From the NCBI GenBank assembly GCA_030749075.1, contig JASMKR010000031.1:70089-134088 (forward strand): 64,000 nt of DNA. The letters run 5' to 3'. Positions within the stretch are counted from its first letter, which is position 1. Each line of letters opens with the position of its first letter. The notes under the pieces are model-generated. The model was not told the origin of the DNA, ran no database searches, and worked only from the letters and a program-made list of their open reading frames with translations. This DNA comes from Candidatus Thalassarchaeaceae archaeon. GTDB taxonomy: Archaea > Thermoplasmatota > Poseidoniia > Poseidoniales > Thalassarchaeaceae. Positions 1 through 9,922 of this stretch are shown in pieces. Both the position numbers and the translations under genes were made by a program.

Positions 1-2309
1 TGGGGGATGGTTCCCTTGCAGGAGGCGTCATCCACCTCTCGATTGACGGCATAGACGTCGGACCGACATACACGACGATTTCCAATGCAACCAATGGACA
101 TTGGGCGATAACATACGACCTACCTCTCGACATGACCTTCGGACCCCACCAAGTGGGTGCCGAATTCCTCGGAGGATTCACTTGGGTTGACCCCATGGGT
201 CAGGGGGACTCATTGAATCCCGAGTTCTACCTCTTCTCATCAAATAGCATCGAGTTCAATTCCACCCAGACGTCCCAGGTCATCATCACCTCTTCTCCTG
301 GGGAGGTCGATCGAACCGAATTAGTCCTTATTCAGGGACTCTTGACGGATGGTGTTGGCAGGGGTCTGCCAAACAGGGATATTGAAGTCTCCATGGGCGG
401 CCAGTTCGTAACCGGTCTGAATGTCGGTGACAATGGTTCGTTCAGTGTCTATATCCCTGTGCCACCTGATATGCCCCTCGGCCCTAGAATCGTGGAAATC
501 GAATTTGCCGGTGAAGCATTCGTCCTGCCATCCAACTCATCCACCGTAATTTCCGTCTTTGGACCCGTTTTCACCTCTATTGTGGAACCTTTTCCCGCTG
601 CGGTAGACGATGCCATAATACTCCGTGGAACGGCCAAGGACAACCTTGAGGACGGCTGGTTGGGGAACCATACCATTGAGGTTTTCATTGATGGAATCCT
701 AATTGGCATCACAAGTACCGATGACAACGGTCATTGGGCGCTTCCATGGGTGATACCCGACTCTCTTGAGATCGGTAACCACACCCTGTCCGCCATCGCT
801 CCAGCCCAGGGCTATCACAGGCAGGGCAACGTGGAAACCACCCTTACTGTATCCTACCACACTGTGTTCACCGTCCAAGTCGAGGAATCATCAGTCACGA
901 GGGGGTCGGAATGGAACTTCTCTGGGCGCTTATTCGAGAGTGACACTGGTTACGAGCAGGGATTGGACGGCAGGGAGGTGAGAGTCCTTCTCGATGGAAC
1001 TGTCGTTGGAACTGTTTTCACGGAGTTAGGCGGCTTGTTCAGCTACAGGCACAGTCTGGGATATGCCATTTCAAGAGGGGGCCACAACATTAGCTTCTCT
1101 TATGGGGGGGAGTTCCTCTATCTCCCCACTGAGGCCAACCTGACCACCTTCGCCCTATCTGACGTACTGATCGAGGTTCAACCCATCACTTCGAAGATTA
1201 TCAGGGGCAACATCTCCCACTCGATTCTCATTCAAGGCTTTGTCAGGGAGGTCGGTGGCGACTCGAGCATCTTCGAGAACCTTACGATCAGCCTCTCTTG
1301 GGGTGAGAGCAACCTGCCCCTCCAAGGGGGCCCTTGGGACAATCCTAACACCCTGAACTTCCAGATGAGGGCAAAGGCGCAAGAGCTCATGCCTCCGGGC
1401 AAGAACATCGTAACCATCAACATTGGACCTGATCAGTCGAGATTTCTCAACGGCGCCTCCAAAGATATCGAAATTATGGTTATGATCGAGGTCGATTTCA
1501 CCTTATCCAGCATCGAACTATCTACCGGTCAGAGGGTGATTAGAGGGACTGTCAACGCCACTGCCAGGGACACTGGTTCACCCGTGGAGGGCCTTTCCAT
1601 GACTGCCATGCTTCAGAATGGGACCACCTCCCACTTCTCCATGTCCCGGCTCACCGACGCTGAAGGGGTCTTCAAGTACGAATTCAAGTCACTCTCTCCG
1701 CTTCCCCCCCTCTCGGACACCTCCTCGTGGGGCAGGCTCAGCGTCATGCTGGACTCGGACTCGGCTTTCATCGATGCTCGAAGCCTGGCCTATCTGCCTA
1801 GGGATGGCGTCCAAATCGCGTATGAGGAGGATAAATCCGACTCCATCTTCGGCCCGGCCATGATTGGCATAGTCACCATTTTGGCCATCGCTGCTGTACT
1901 GACCTCGGTCGTCGCCGTTCTATCTCGTCGTCGCAAGGCCGCAATCAAGGAACTAGCCGATGTCTTCAGTTATACTGCAGCCATGCTCGCCTCGGGAGAT
2001 GAATTCAGGAAGGCCATTTTCGAATGCTACCAGAAACTATGTGCCGTACTGATGCGCAGCGGCTTCCTCCGCAGGGACTTCGAGACTGTGAGGGAATTTG
2101 AAATCGCTATTCGTAATGCATTGCCAATCAGCGAGATTTCGTTGGTTTCGCTCGACCGGATTTTCGAGGAGGCGCGGTACTCTAGCCACGAGCTCGGAGG
2201 AATTCACAGAGAGAATGCCCAGGTTGCTCTGGCTTCGGTACTACAGGAAATCGAGGAGTTGCAGGAGATCCCCCAGAGAAGCACCCCGGTCTTCGAGGTC
2301 GAGGGCTAG
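1..2309 (+). CDS. Cell-surface protein, 5' partial; repeated beta-sandwich/Ig-like modules; single C-terminal TM helix plus ~130-aa cytoplasmic tail
   Basis: Frame 3 is open from nt 3 to the window edge, so the gene starts upstream. The motif DNGHWA(I/L) recurs in successive ~90-aa modules. There are more than 10 N-x-S/T sequons. The hydrophobic helix IGIVTILAIAAVLTSVVAVL is followed by RRRK and a charged tail. Confidence 0.6.
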   Translation, partial: GDGSLAGGVIHLSIDGIDVGPTYTTISNATNGHWAITYDLPLDMTFGPHQVGAEFLGGFTWVDPMGQGDSLNPEFYLFSSNSIEFNSTQTSQVIITSSPGEVDRTELVLIQGLLTDGVGRGLPNRDIEVSMGGQFVTGLNVGDNGSFSVYIPVPPDMPLGPRIVEIEFAGEAFVLPSNSSTVISVFGPVFTSIVEPFPAAVDDAIILRGTAKDNLEDGWLGNHTIEVFIDGILIGITSTDDNGHWALPWVIPDSLEIGNHTLSAIAPAQGYHRQGNVETTLTVSYHTVFTVQVEESSVTRGSEWNFSGRLFESDTGYEQGLDGREVRVLLDGTVVGTVFTELGGLFSYRHSLGYAISRGGHNISFSYGGEFLYLPTEANLTTFALSDVLIEVQPITSKIIRGNISHSILIQGFVREVGGDSSIFENLTISLSWGESNLPLQGGPWDNPNTLNFQMRAKAQELMPPGKNIVTINIGPDQSRFLNGASKDIEIMVMIEVDFTLSSIELSTGQRVIRGTVNATARDTGSPVEGLSMTAMLQNGTTSHFSMSRLTDAEGVFKYEFKSLSPLPPLSDTSSWGRLSVMLDSDSAFIDARSLAYLPRDGVQIAYEEDKSDSIFGPAMIGIVTILAIAAVLTSVVAVLSRRRKAAIKELADVFSYTAAMLASGDEFRKAIFECYQKLCAVLMRSGFLRRDFETVREFEIAIRNALPISEISLVSLDRIFEEARYSSHELGGIHRENAQVALASVLQEIEELQEIPQRSTPVFEVEG

Positions 2310-2800
2310 CAGGACTCACTTGTCCTCATGGTCAGGATGCCATCTTCCCAGATTGCTCCAGTTATGGTCTTGCCCGCGGGTAGTCTGAAGGTCCTGAGCA
2401 TCCCACCGAATCTCTCAGGTGAGATGAGACGTGCTATCTGCAACCCCTCTTCCACGAGAGTCTCGATGACCACTCCCCCAGGGTAGGGGGATGGAAGGGG
2501 TATTGCCATCTCGGAGCCCGACCACTCCCCTCCTAATTCTGCTAGGAAGTCTCCCATGGAAACCGCATCCCTTAGCACGGACTTCGACACATCCGCCACG
2601 TTGGCAACCTCGTCCAGGACCTCTCCATGACGGTCTTGGACCTCGGAGAGGTGTGGCAGTCCCCCAAGGAATATCTCGTGCATCTGCTGAGCGTTTACGT
2701 CTAATCCAATTCCGAGGTTTTCCAAACTGCCTCCGCCTTCCTCATCGTCGCCATCGACCTCGATTTCAATCCTCGACCACCGCATCTTACGACAATGCAT
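2306..2800 (-). CDS. Hypothetical protein (164 aa), co-directional with and 26 nt downstream of xpd
   Basis: Long ORF in a gap not covered by better genes. I recognised no motif. The true start may be an internal Met. It overlaps the stop of the upstream + gene by 4 nt. Confidence 0.3.
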   Translation of the reverse strand: MHCRKMRWSRIEIEVDGDDEEGGGSLENLGIGLDVNAQQMHEIFLGGLPHLSEVQDRHGEVLDEVANVADVSKSVLRDAVSMGDFLAELGGEWSGSEMAIPLPSPYPGGVVIETLVEEGLQIARLISPERFGGMLRTFRLPAGKTITGAIWEDGILTMRTSESC

Positions 2801-2826
2801 CGAACGGACCCGAATGAACCCATTGA

Positions 2827-4833
2827 TTATGACATCTCGAAGAAGCGCTCTACGTGCTTAGAGGTTCTGGCCGGGCTGGTGGTTTGACGAGTGTGCATAG
2901 ACTGGGGCAAGCAATCTCTGACTCTCTTCTCAAGCAATCGCTTCTCCAATAGTACAATGATAGCCTTATCTTCGGCCTTACGAATCGGCCTACCTAATGC
3001 CTGCATGATACTGTTTACCGCTGGTTGCAGACTCGCGTATTTCCATGCCTTCGACCTCCCGAAGCGTCCAGTGTAGTACTCTAGCAAGGCGTCCTGCCTA
3101 GCGCTTGGAGGAGATAGGGGAAGGCCTACGCAAACCACAGCATCAAGGATATTTCCTGCGTAGTCAACACCCTCTGAGAATTTGCCACTTAGTACTCCAA
3201 ATAATACTGCTTCAACCCCCATAGATTTCCACTCATGGAGCCTTCCTACCGTACCATCGACAGATCGCTTGGACATCCCCCTCTCCTCTAGTAATCTCCT
3301 CTTACCGAACGTGTAGTCAATATCTGCATAAATCCTATCCAACATCGCATAACTAGGAGCGAAAACCGCTACGTTTCCATCCGTCTTCTCCAGTACTGAT
3401 CTAATGTGGTCGCGAATGGAGGCGTAGCTTGCCTCCCTCTCTGTGAACTTGCTAGTTACGTCTCTTGCAATAAATACCGGCCTGTTATCGGGCGGGAATC
3501 CAGAGTAGTACTCCTTGCACATCGCTTTATCATCGGGGATCCCTAGGATGTCTGAGTACATGGTTGGAGGAAATAAGGTTCCAGACATTAGAATAGAGCC
3601 CGCGCACTGCTTGAATATCGGCCCACCGACAACACCCGGATCAAGCAGATGACTGGTCACCCGCGGGACTTCCAGAACGTTATCGAAAATCAGAGACAGG
3701 GCAGGACTATTCCTGTACTTGATGCAGATATCCAGAAACTCTGCCAATCTGATGCAGTCGTTTTGCTCGTCCTCATCTATCGAATCATCCTCATCAACCA
3801 CAACCGAAAGCAGCCTACTGTTCATTCTCATTATTCTGGCAATCCCATCTTCAGGATCATTTTCTTCTATGCCCTCTATCGCTCTCGCAATGACTTCCAG
3901 GAACTCGTCAGTATCTATCCTCAGGTCGCCAACCTTGGATGATTCATTCTCAGCGGTCTTCCCCGAGAACCACCTGCTCAATGCGGAGTCTTCCTCCAAT
4001 GCCTTGACCTGCTTCTCCAGGAGTAATACATCACTATGGCTTTTGGAAACAGGCAAGTCAAGTTTCTTTGCCGATTCCTCAAGATTTTCCTTGTGCGCAT
4101 TGACATCAATTCTTGCCCTATTGAACACTTTTGTCGTAACAATTCTTTCCAAGCCGAGTCTGATTCTGTCTGGTAGGTTGTGTGCTTCGTCTACGACGAG
4201 AATTGCGTTATCCAAATCCACACGCATCACGGTAAGCGATTTTTCCCGGACCGCCTCTACGAAGACGTGGTTGTAGTCGCAGACTAGAATGTCCGCTTTC
4301 CTGACTGCGGATCTTGCTGTCGCCCAAGCACAAATTCCCCTAGCACTCCCCTCCCTGATCACCCGGTCAACATGCCTCGGCTCTTCTAGGATAAAATCCT
4401 CCAAGTCTGCCCTCCTGCCTTTCCTAGCAGATCCAACAATGCCCTCTTCGCAGGTGCATTCACCGGTCGATTTGTTTACGTTATCGCACATTCCTTCCCT
4501 GCCGATGATGTCCACTAGGCTAACTTTCGGGATTTCAGTTGGGAGTTTAGAGTTGATTTGACGCACCGTCTCTACAACAATCCTGTGCTGAGATTGCCTG
4601 CCTGTCATAAACAGGATTTTCGGTTTCTCTGGGTTGGCGTTGTAGAAGTTCGCGACTTCAAATGCCGATGCAAGTGCCGCAGCGGTCTTGCCGATTCCCG
4701 TTGGAGCCGCAGCCAATAGGAAATCCCTTTCTCTGAGTGCAATTATTCCATCAGAGACCATCTTTTTCTGCGAATCCCTAATCTTTTCATGGGCGAAGAA
4801 TAGTCGTGCCTCGACTTCTCTCCCAACTGACAT
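2827..4833 (-). CDS. xpd: Rad3/XPD-family 5'-3' DNA helicase (FeS-cluster SF2 helicase)
   Basis: Walker A is AAAPTGIGKT and the DEAH box is VVDEAHNL. A four-Cys cluster (C..C.C....C around CDNVNKSTGECTCEEG) is typical of the XPD FeS domain. C-terminal helicase motifs are present. Confidence 0.8.
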   Translation of the reverse strand: MSVGREVEARLFFAHEKIRDSQKKMVSDGIIALRERDFLLAAAPTGIGKTAAALASAFEVANFYNANPEKPKILFMTGRQSQHRIVVETVRQINSKLPTEIPKVSLVDIIGREGMCDNVNKSTGECTCEEGIVGSARKGRRADLEDFILEEPRHVDRVIREGSARGICAWATARSAVRKADILVCDYNHVFVEAVREKSLTVMRVDLDNAILVVDEAHNLPDRIRLGLERIVTTKVFNRARIDVNAHKENLEESAKKLDLPVSKSHSDVLLLEKQVKALEEDSALSRWFSGKTAENESSKVGDLRIDTDEFLEVIARAIEGIEENDPEDGIARIMRMNSRLLSVVVDEDDSIDEDEQNDCIRLAEFLDICIKYRNSPALSLIFDNVLEVPRVTSHLLDPGVVGGPIFKQCAGSILMSGTLFPPTMYSDILGIPDDKAMCKEYYSGFPPDNRPVFIARDVTSKFTEREASYASIRDHIRSVLEKTDGNVAVFAPSYAMLDRIYADIDYTFGKRRLLEERGMSKRSVDGTVGRLHEWKSMGVEAVLFGVLSGKFSEGVDYAGNILDAVVCVGLPLSPPSARQDALLEYYTGRFGRSKAWKYASLQPAVNSIMQALGRPIRKAEDKAIIVLLEKRLLEKRVRDCLPQSMHTRQTTSPARTSKHVERFFEMS

Positions 4834-4873
4834 GGAAACCCCCCTGCAAATAGAACCACCAAGAAGATTGGCC

Positions 4874-7816
4874 TCATCTAACTACGATGGCCTCGGAGTC
4901 CCTACTGTCGAGGACCACCTTCAGTGGCGAGTCTAGCCTCACGTGGCGTAGACCACCCTCTTCCGTCAAGGCCTCAATGTCGTCGAGCCATTCCCAATCG
5001 ACCAAATCGTCCTCGAGGATGGTCAGGTAGCCTATGTTGAAGGTCACGATGTTCTGGAAGAAGTGGGTGCCCTGAGACGGTTCCACGCGAATGTCCGCCA
5101 TAGGAACCTCGACGATGGTCTTGGCACCCATTATCTGGTTCCATTGTACGGGAATGCCCAACGATGGGTCAGATGACCCCCAACGCCCGGGTCCAATCAG
5201 AATATATGGCCGGTCCTCCGATCGGAGCCCGGCATCGATCTCCTCGATCACAGGTATGATATCCATCGTCTTCATCCTGTTCATACGCTTTGGGTGTACG
5301 TAAACGACATCTACAATGTGGTCGATGATGCCATTTCCCAGTGACTTGCTGCTGATGCAGACGGCCTTGTCCTTATTGACCTCGTCCAGGTCGATGTCGA
5401 TGTCAACTGATTCGTCCATCAGTGGTCTGACTTGTAAGATGGCGAACTTGCGGTTTCCATCTTCGGGATTGACTGTAAGGGCGAACTCCAGCTCTACGGG
5501 GCTGCCCAAGAAGTTCTCACACGTCGCGAGGACATGGTGCAGAATGCGTGGGAGGGGAAAACGCTGGTGCTTGAGGATTGGCGCGAAGGTGACTAGCCTA
5601 GGCCCTCCCTCGACCTTTATCGAGTCCACGATCCTGTCGTCAGCAGTGATGTAAGTGGAACCGACAAGAGAGAGTCTGCCATCCTCCTCTGCAGAGGATA
5701 ATCCTAGATGTAGCAGGTTCTCCTCCTCAGCAGCGAGCACCGGCCCCGATTCCCGAACCATCGGGATGGCGAAGAAGCGACTCTGTGAGGAACTGATGAT
5801 TGACTGGGTGCTGTAGAATTGGTGAACCCTCTTGGGCTGGCCCGGACTGAATCTCAGGCACTTTCCCCCTGAGGAGACCTGTCTGCCAAGACCGATGCAA
5901 ACGGCAGCCAGTCCATCCTCCATCTTGAGTGGTTCGACCGGGTAGTGATTTCGACTCCTTGCCGCCCCGGAGATATCGGGGTAGAAGCGACCCGAAACCT
6001 CCCTCCCGACAACCTCCTGAATCACAACTGCCATCTTCTCATCCTCGATGGTGTTGGCAGTTGCTGTAACGTATTTCTTGGCGCCCCTGTGGAATATCGA
6101 TGCGTATACCAGTTTTATCGCTTCAAGCAGCCGCCTGAGTCTGACCTCAAGGTCAGGGTGATCATTCGCGAGCATGTATGTTGCGTACACCCCGGCAAAG
6201 GGTTGGTGACTGGAATCCTCGAGCAAGCTCGATGATCGTACGGCCAACGGCCACTCTGAATTCTCCAGCATGGCCCTAATCTCACGGACCTCATCATCTC
6301 CGAATTGGCTACTCAGGAATGCACGGTCCACTTCATCATCGGATTCGTCATCATGAACGAATCTAACCAGTTCGTTCCTAGACACGAAGTCGTCGAAGAC
6401 CTCCGTAGCGATGACTACGGAGTTCGGGACAATGAAATCGATGTCTGGGAAGCCATCACCTAACCCCAACTCCCCCATCTTTGTGTAGAAGAACGCGAGA
6501 CCCCGCCCCTTTCCCCCTAAGCTCCCTCGCCCAATTCTCTGGAAACCAACCTCGTCTATGCCAGATTCGTGATCCCTGATCGTCCGCCTCCTAACATCGG
6601 AAATATGTGCCAGAACCGACTCAGCGATGTACTTCCTCACGCCTTCTAAGTCCTCAAAATCCTCCAAAGTCATCGGTCTGAGGGAGGCTGCGAGCGAGAA
6701 TTCGGTTCGGGCACGGAGCCAGTGGGAGAATTCGTTCCTCGTCGCATGGAACTCTATGGTCTCAATCGGTACCCCCTCCAACTCGACGACGAACTCCTCT
6801 AGATTCGACGCTCTGCCAATCTCCGTCTCATCAGGCATCCTGAAAATGAAATCGCCGAACCCCATCTCCTCAAGCATGAACTCCTCGATTCTCTGGTACA
6901 ATGCCGGATCTTCCTTGTGGAGGAAGCGGACCCCAAGTCCCTCGGCCGCTTCCTTCAGCTCGAGGTTCTTTGATTGCAGTAGTATTGGGAGGTACCTGTG
7001 ACCGCTTTGGGCATAACGAACCAATTCCAATCCCGCTGTGTCCCTCTCACCGTTTTGGTGGGGAAATCTACCATCGGTGAAGACTCCGATGATATTTCTT
7101 GAGTACTTGTCAATTATTTCCTTGGCCGAAGCCATGTCCGAGGCGAGTAGAATCTTCGCTCGGGCCCTCAGCCTCAGGAGCTTCTCATGGAGGTTACCAC
7201 CCTCTCCCATGAGTTTCGTTGTCTGCCGCACCAGTTGAGTGTAGAGGAGTGGTAGGTAAGCAGAGTAGAACCTCCTGCTGTCCTCGACGAGTAGAATGAC
7301 CTGCACGTCACCGTCCCTTACGTCGTTCTCTACGTTCCTTTCATCCTCAATCAACTTGCAAATCGAAAGTAGGATTCTGCTATCGCCCCCCCAAACAAAT
7401 ATCCTGTCAATACCATCGCCGGTTCTGAGAGTAGCCAGCTCCCTCGTGTTCTGACTCAGCATCACCACTGGCACATCCTCTTGATGGACTTTAACCAGCC
7501 TGGCAAAGGCGTAGGGATCCATGGTACCTACATTTGTCATAGTGATTACTAGATCGAAGTTGCGACTAGCGATGAGGCTCAGGGCATCATCGGCATCAGG
7601 GCTATGGATGATTCTAGGGGCCTGGGACAGGTTTAGCACCGAGTACTCCTCTTGCAGGATTTCTGCGAGATAGCCGGATTCTTCTAGGAGGTAGCGGTCG
7701 AACTGACTAGCCACGAGGAGGACCTCTGTGACTTTGAAGGGGGTCAGCCTCTCGAACCGATTCCAGTCCGTGACGCCCCCGTCCATAGGATCAGAGTCCG
7801 GTTGGCGGCATTGCAT
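4874..7816 (-). CDS. Two N-terminal CheY-like receiver domains (first degenerate) fused to a PEP-synthase/PPDK-type ATP-binding domain and a degenerate PEP-utilizing swivel domain
   Basis: The second receiver has VILLVEDS ... GVFTDGRFP ... LPILLQSK. The motifs GGKGRGLAFF (nt ~6497-6514), VPNSVVIATEVFDDF, VRSSSLLEDSSHQPFAGVYATY and LQVRPL match the PPDK_N/PEP synthase nucleotide-binding domain. The C-terminal GPGRWGSSDPSLGIPV (nt ~5165-5200) resembles the mobile domain GGRTSHAAI..GIP, but the His is replaced. Confidence 0.65.
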   Translation of the reverse strand: MQCRQPDSDPMDGGVTDWNRFERLTPFKVTEVLLVASQFDRYLLEESGYLAEILQEEYSVLNLSQAPRIIHSPDADDALSLIASRNFDLVITMTNVGTMDPYAFARLVKVHQEDVPVVMLSQNTRELATLRTGDGIDRIFVWGGDSRILLSICKLIEDERNVENDVRDGDVQVILLVEDSRRFYSAYLPLLYTQLVRQTTKLMGEGGNLHEKLLRLRARAKILLASDMASAKEIIDKYSRNIIGVFTDGRFPHQNGERDTAGLELVRYAQSGHRYLPILLQSKNLELKEAAEGLGVRFLHKEDPALYQRIEEFMLEEMGFGDFIFRMPDETEIGRASNLEEFVVELEGVPIETIEFHATRNEFSHWLRARTEFSLAASLRPMTLEDFEDLEGVRKYIAESVLAHISDVRRRTIRDHESGIDEVGFQRIGRGSLGGKGRGLAFFYTKMGELGLGDGFPDIDFIVPNSVVIATEVFDDFVSRNELVRFVHDDESDDEVDRAFLSSQFGDDEVREIRAMLENSEWPLAVRSSSLLEDSSHQPFAGVYATYMLANDHPDLEVRLRRLLEAIKLVYASIFHRGAKKYVTATANTIEDEKMAVVIQEVVGREVSGRFYPDISGAARSRNHYPVEPLKMEDGLAAVCIGLGRQVSSGGKCLRFSPGQPKRVHQFYSTQSIISSSQSRFFAIPMVRESGPVLAAEEENLLHLGLSSAEEDGRLSLVGSTYITADDRIVDSIKVEGGPRLVTFAPILKHQRFPLPRILHHVLATCENFLGSPVELEFALTVNPEDGNRKFAILQVRPLMDESVDIDIDLDEVNKDKAVCISSKSLGNGIIDHIVDVVYVHPKRMNRMKTMDIIPVIEEIDAGLRSEDRPYILIGPGRWGSSDPSLGIPVQWNQIMGAKTIVEVPMADIRVEPSQGTHFFQNIVTFNIGYLTILEDDLVDWEWLDDIEALTEEGGLRHVRLDSPLKVVLDSRDSEAIVVR

Positions 7817-8011
7817 TTCAGAGGACCGGAGGGTGTGCCCCGCACGAGCGTGCGGGACGGTGTGTGTTGAGTGTGCTCAGTCTTGCTCTCGCCTTCGTAG
7901 CACCCTTGGTGCCTGCCTTGCGTCATATCCGACTGCATTAGAGAGCCTTGCACGATTCCTGATTCCCCTAAGTCCCTTAGAAAACCCCCTGATTCGGCTT
8001 GATTTGTGGTT

Positions 8012-8036
8012 GGGGGGGCGGTTTTGCCGCCCCCCC
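8012..8036. repeat. Perfect GC-rich hairpin (10-bp stem GGGGGGGCGG / CCGCCCCCCC, 5-nt loop TTTTG), followed on the + strand by a GT-rich run
   Basis: Read directly from the sequence. It lies in the 260-nt spacer between the 3' end of the RHH gene and the 5' end of the receiver-PPS gene. Confidence 0.5.
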
Positions 8037-8077
8037 GTGTTGTTTGTGTGCATCCCATCCTCGCTCAATCTCTCACC

Positions 8078-8443
8078 TCAAGCGTTCGAATCGTCGTCAA
8101 ATCGAGAACGCAGATCATCCATGCGTCTCGCGAGAAGTTCCTCTACCGTGGCCCCCTGGATCATCTCCTTGCGAATGTACTCGCGAGCAGATTGTCGGAG
8201 CACGACATCTGCGGACTCGCCCACGAATTTGCAGAAGTCACTGAGTCTGATGGTTAGATCGGGACCAAGATCGACCTCGACCCTGCCTCCCTGTCCAGGC
8301 AACGGAGATGCCAGAAGCCTGCGCACTGCCTCTCTGATGACATCCGACCTATTCCTCATCCCATCGAATCCCACGAGCCTGTCCAGTTCCATCAGGTGAT
8401 CCTCGGGAATCCTCAGCGAGACCATGGGACTGACGCCGGCCAC
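8078..8443 (-). CDS. Ribbon-helix-helix (CopG/NikR-N-like) DNA-binding protein
   Basis: The N-terminal VSLRIPEDHLMELDRLVGFDGMRNRSDVIREAVRRLL is a classic RHH beta-strand plus two helices. The product is 121 aa, with a possible alternative start at Met7. It is divergent from the HD phosphohydrolase gene. Confidence 0.6.
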   Translation of the reverse strand: MAGVSPMVSLRIPEDHLMELDRLVGFDGMRNRSDVIREAVRRLLASPLPGQGGRVEVDLGPDLTIRLSDFCKFVGESADVVLRQSAREYIRKEMIQGATVEELLARRMDDLRSRFDDDSNA

Positions 8444-8487
8444 TTTGAACTACTCCTGAGTCTCGAGACGAGCATGGGCACTTAATT

Positions 8488-8516
8488 GTATTGCATTTGA
8501 AATGCAATTGCAATAC
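8488..8516. promoter_or_regulatory. Nested palindromes: GTATTGCA TTTGAAATGCAAT TGCAATAC. Outer 8-bp arms are 8488-8495 and 8509-8516, the inner TTGCATTT-G-AAATGCAA palindrome is 8491-8507, and ATTGCAAT is 8507-8514. Putative operator in a divergent promoter.
   Basis: Read directly from the sequence. It sits in the AT-richer 165-180-nt divergent intergenic region between the RHH regulator gene and the HD gene. Dyad symmetry is typical of RHH-dimer operators. Confidence 0.4.
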
Positions 8517-8607
8517 GATAGATAGTACACACAACTAGAACCTCCAGATACTACCCTCACAGAGCGATTCAAGGCACATGGGTCCCTGCAACGGCCACGG
8601 TGCTCTG

Positions 8608-9922
8608 ATGAAGGTCATCAACGATGCTATCCACGGTCAGTTCAAGCTCGATGGCGTTACCCAGGACCTCCTCGGCACACCCGAGCTAAACAAACTCAGT
8701 CACATCAAACAATTAGGGCTGGCCCACTTGGTTTTCCCCGGAGCGCATCACACTAGATTCGAGCATTCCCTAGGTGCTTCGCACGTTGCGGGTTTGATGG
8801 CGGAGTCTCTTGATCTGGGCGCACGGGATAGGGCGACCGTCGAGGTCGCAGCAATGCTCCATGACGTTGGTCATGGCCCGTATTCACACACGCTGGAGCA
8901 CATTCTTCAAGAGCGTGGGGGGATGGATCACATGTCGGTTACTGAGGGTATTATTCTAGGAGATTATGATGTGCTGTTGGAAGGTGAGGAAACCTCGGTC
9001 GAGAACAGGGAAGCAATTCCTGACATCCTGACTCGACATGGGCTCGATCCTGTTCAAATCGCATCTCTGATTCGTGGTCCAGACGCATCTGGGACTGAGA
9101 GGTCACTGCTCAATTGGACGGAGGGCAGGGAAGATTTCTCCGGTAGCGATAATACTCTGGCTCACCTAATCCACGGCCCCGTGGACTGCGACCAGTTGGA
9201 CTACCTGCTTAGGGACTCGCACTTCACAGGCGTGAAGCATGGAGTTGTGGACCATCACAGGCTCATCGAATGCCTTCAGAGCCAAGGTGGTGACATAGTC
9301 GTCGAGGAGGGTGGTCTTTCTTCGCTGGAGGGCATGCTAGCCGCTAGGGGACTGATGTACAGCTCCGTATACTTCCACAGGGTTACGAGAGTGACAGAGG
9401 TCATGTTGTCAAGGGCTGTCGAGAGAAGCAGTGAGGCCTTGCCCGACCCTATTGACCTACAGCGTAGGGTCGATGCAGAGATTTGGGGTGCACTAAATGA
9501 CGCGGGGGGGTTCTCTAGGGACATTATCAGGAGACTGAAGTACCGCAAGTTGCTCAAAATCTGCTTGAGCCGTCGCAGGGAAGATCTGACCGATGATCAA
9601 GCCGGTCGATTGGTGAAACTGGCCAATGACTCCAATTCGAGGCAGGCTATGGAAGACGAAATCGCCCATCGAGCAGGGGTCGAGCCGGGCTATGTGGCAA
9701 TCGACGTCCCTAGTGTGAAGCTCCTCATGGCCGAACCTAGGATGGCCCAAGTAGACATCAGGGTCGTCGGAAACGATGGGATGGCCCGGTGGCTGCGTGA
9801 ATTGACCCCCATGGCGGAAGCCCTCAGGAGGCGGCAGGTCAGCCAAGAAGCAGTATACGTGATGACGCTCCCCGGAACAGAGAAGAAAGTAGCCGAAATT
9901 GCAGAGCGCCACCTGTTCTCCT

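Noticed and set aside
8083-8100. T-loop-like GTTCGAATC suggesting a tRNA
   Set aside because: The flanks cannot form a T-stem or an acceptor stem. It lies inside the C-terminus of the RHH CDS. No other tRNA-like structure was found in any intergenic region.
7728-8399. 223-aa + strand ORF spanning the PPS-start / RHH spacer
   Set aside because: It overlaps the better-supported RHH gene and the 5' end of the receiver-PPS gene on the opposite strand. It has low-complexity Ser/Arg/Pro composition typical of GC-rich antisense frames.
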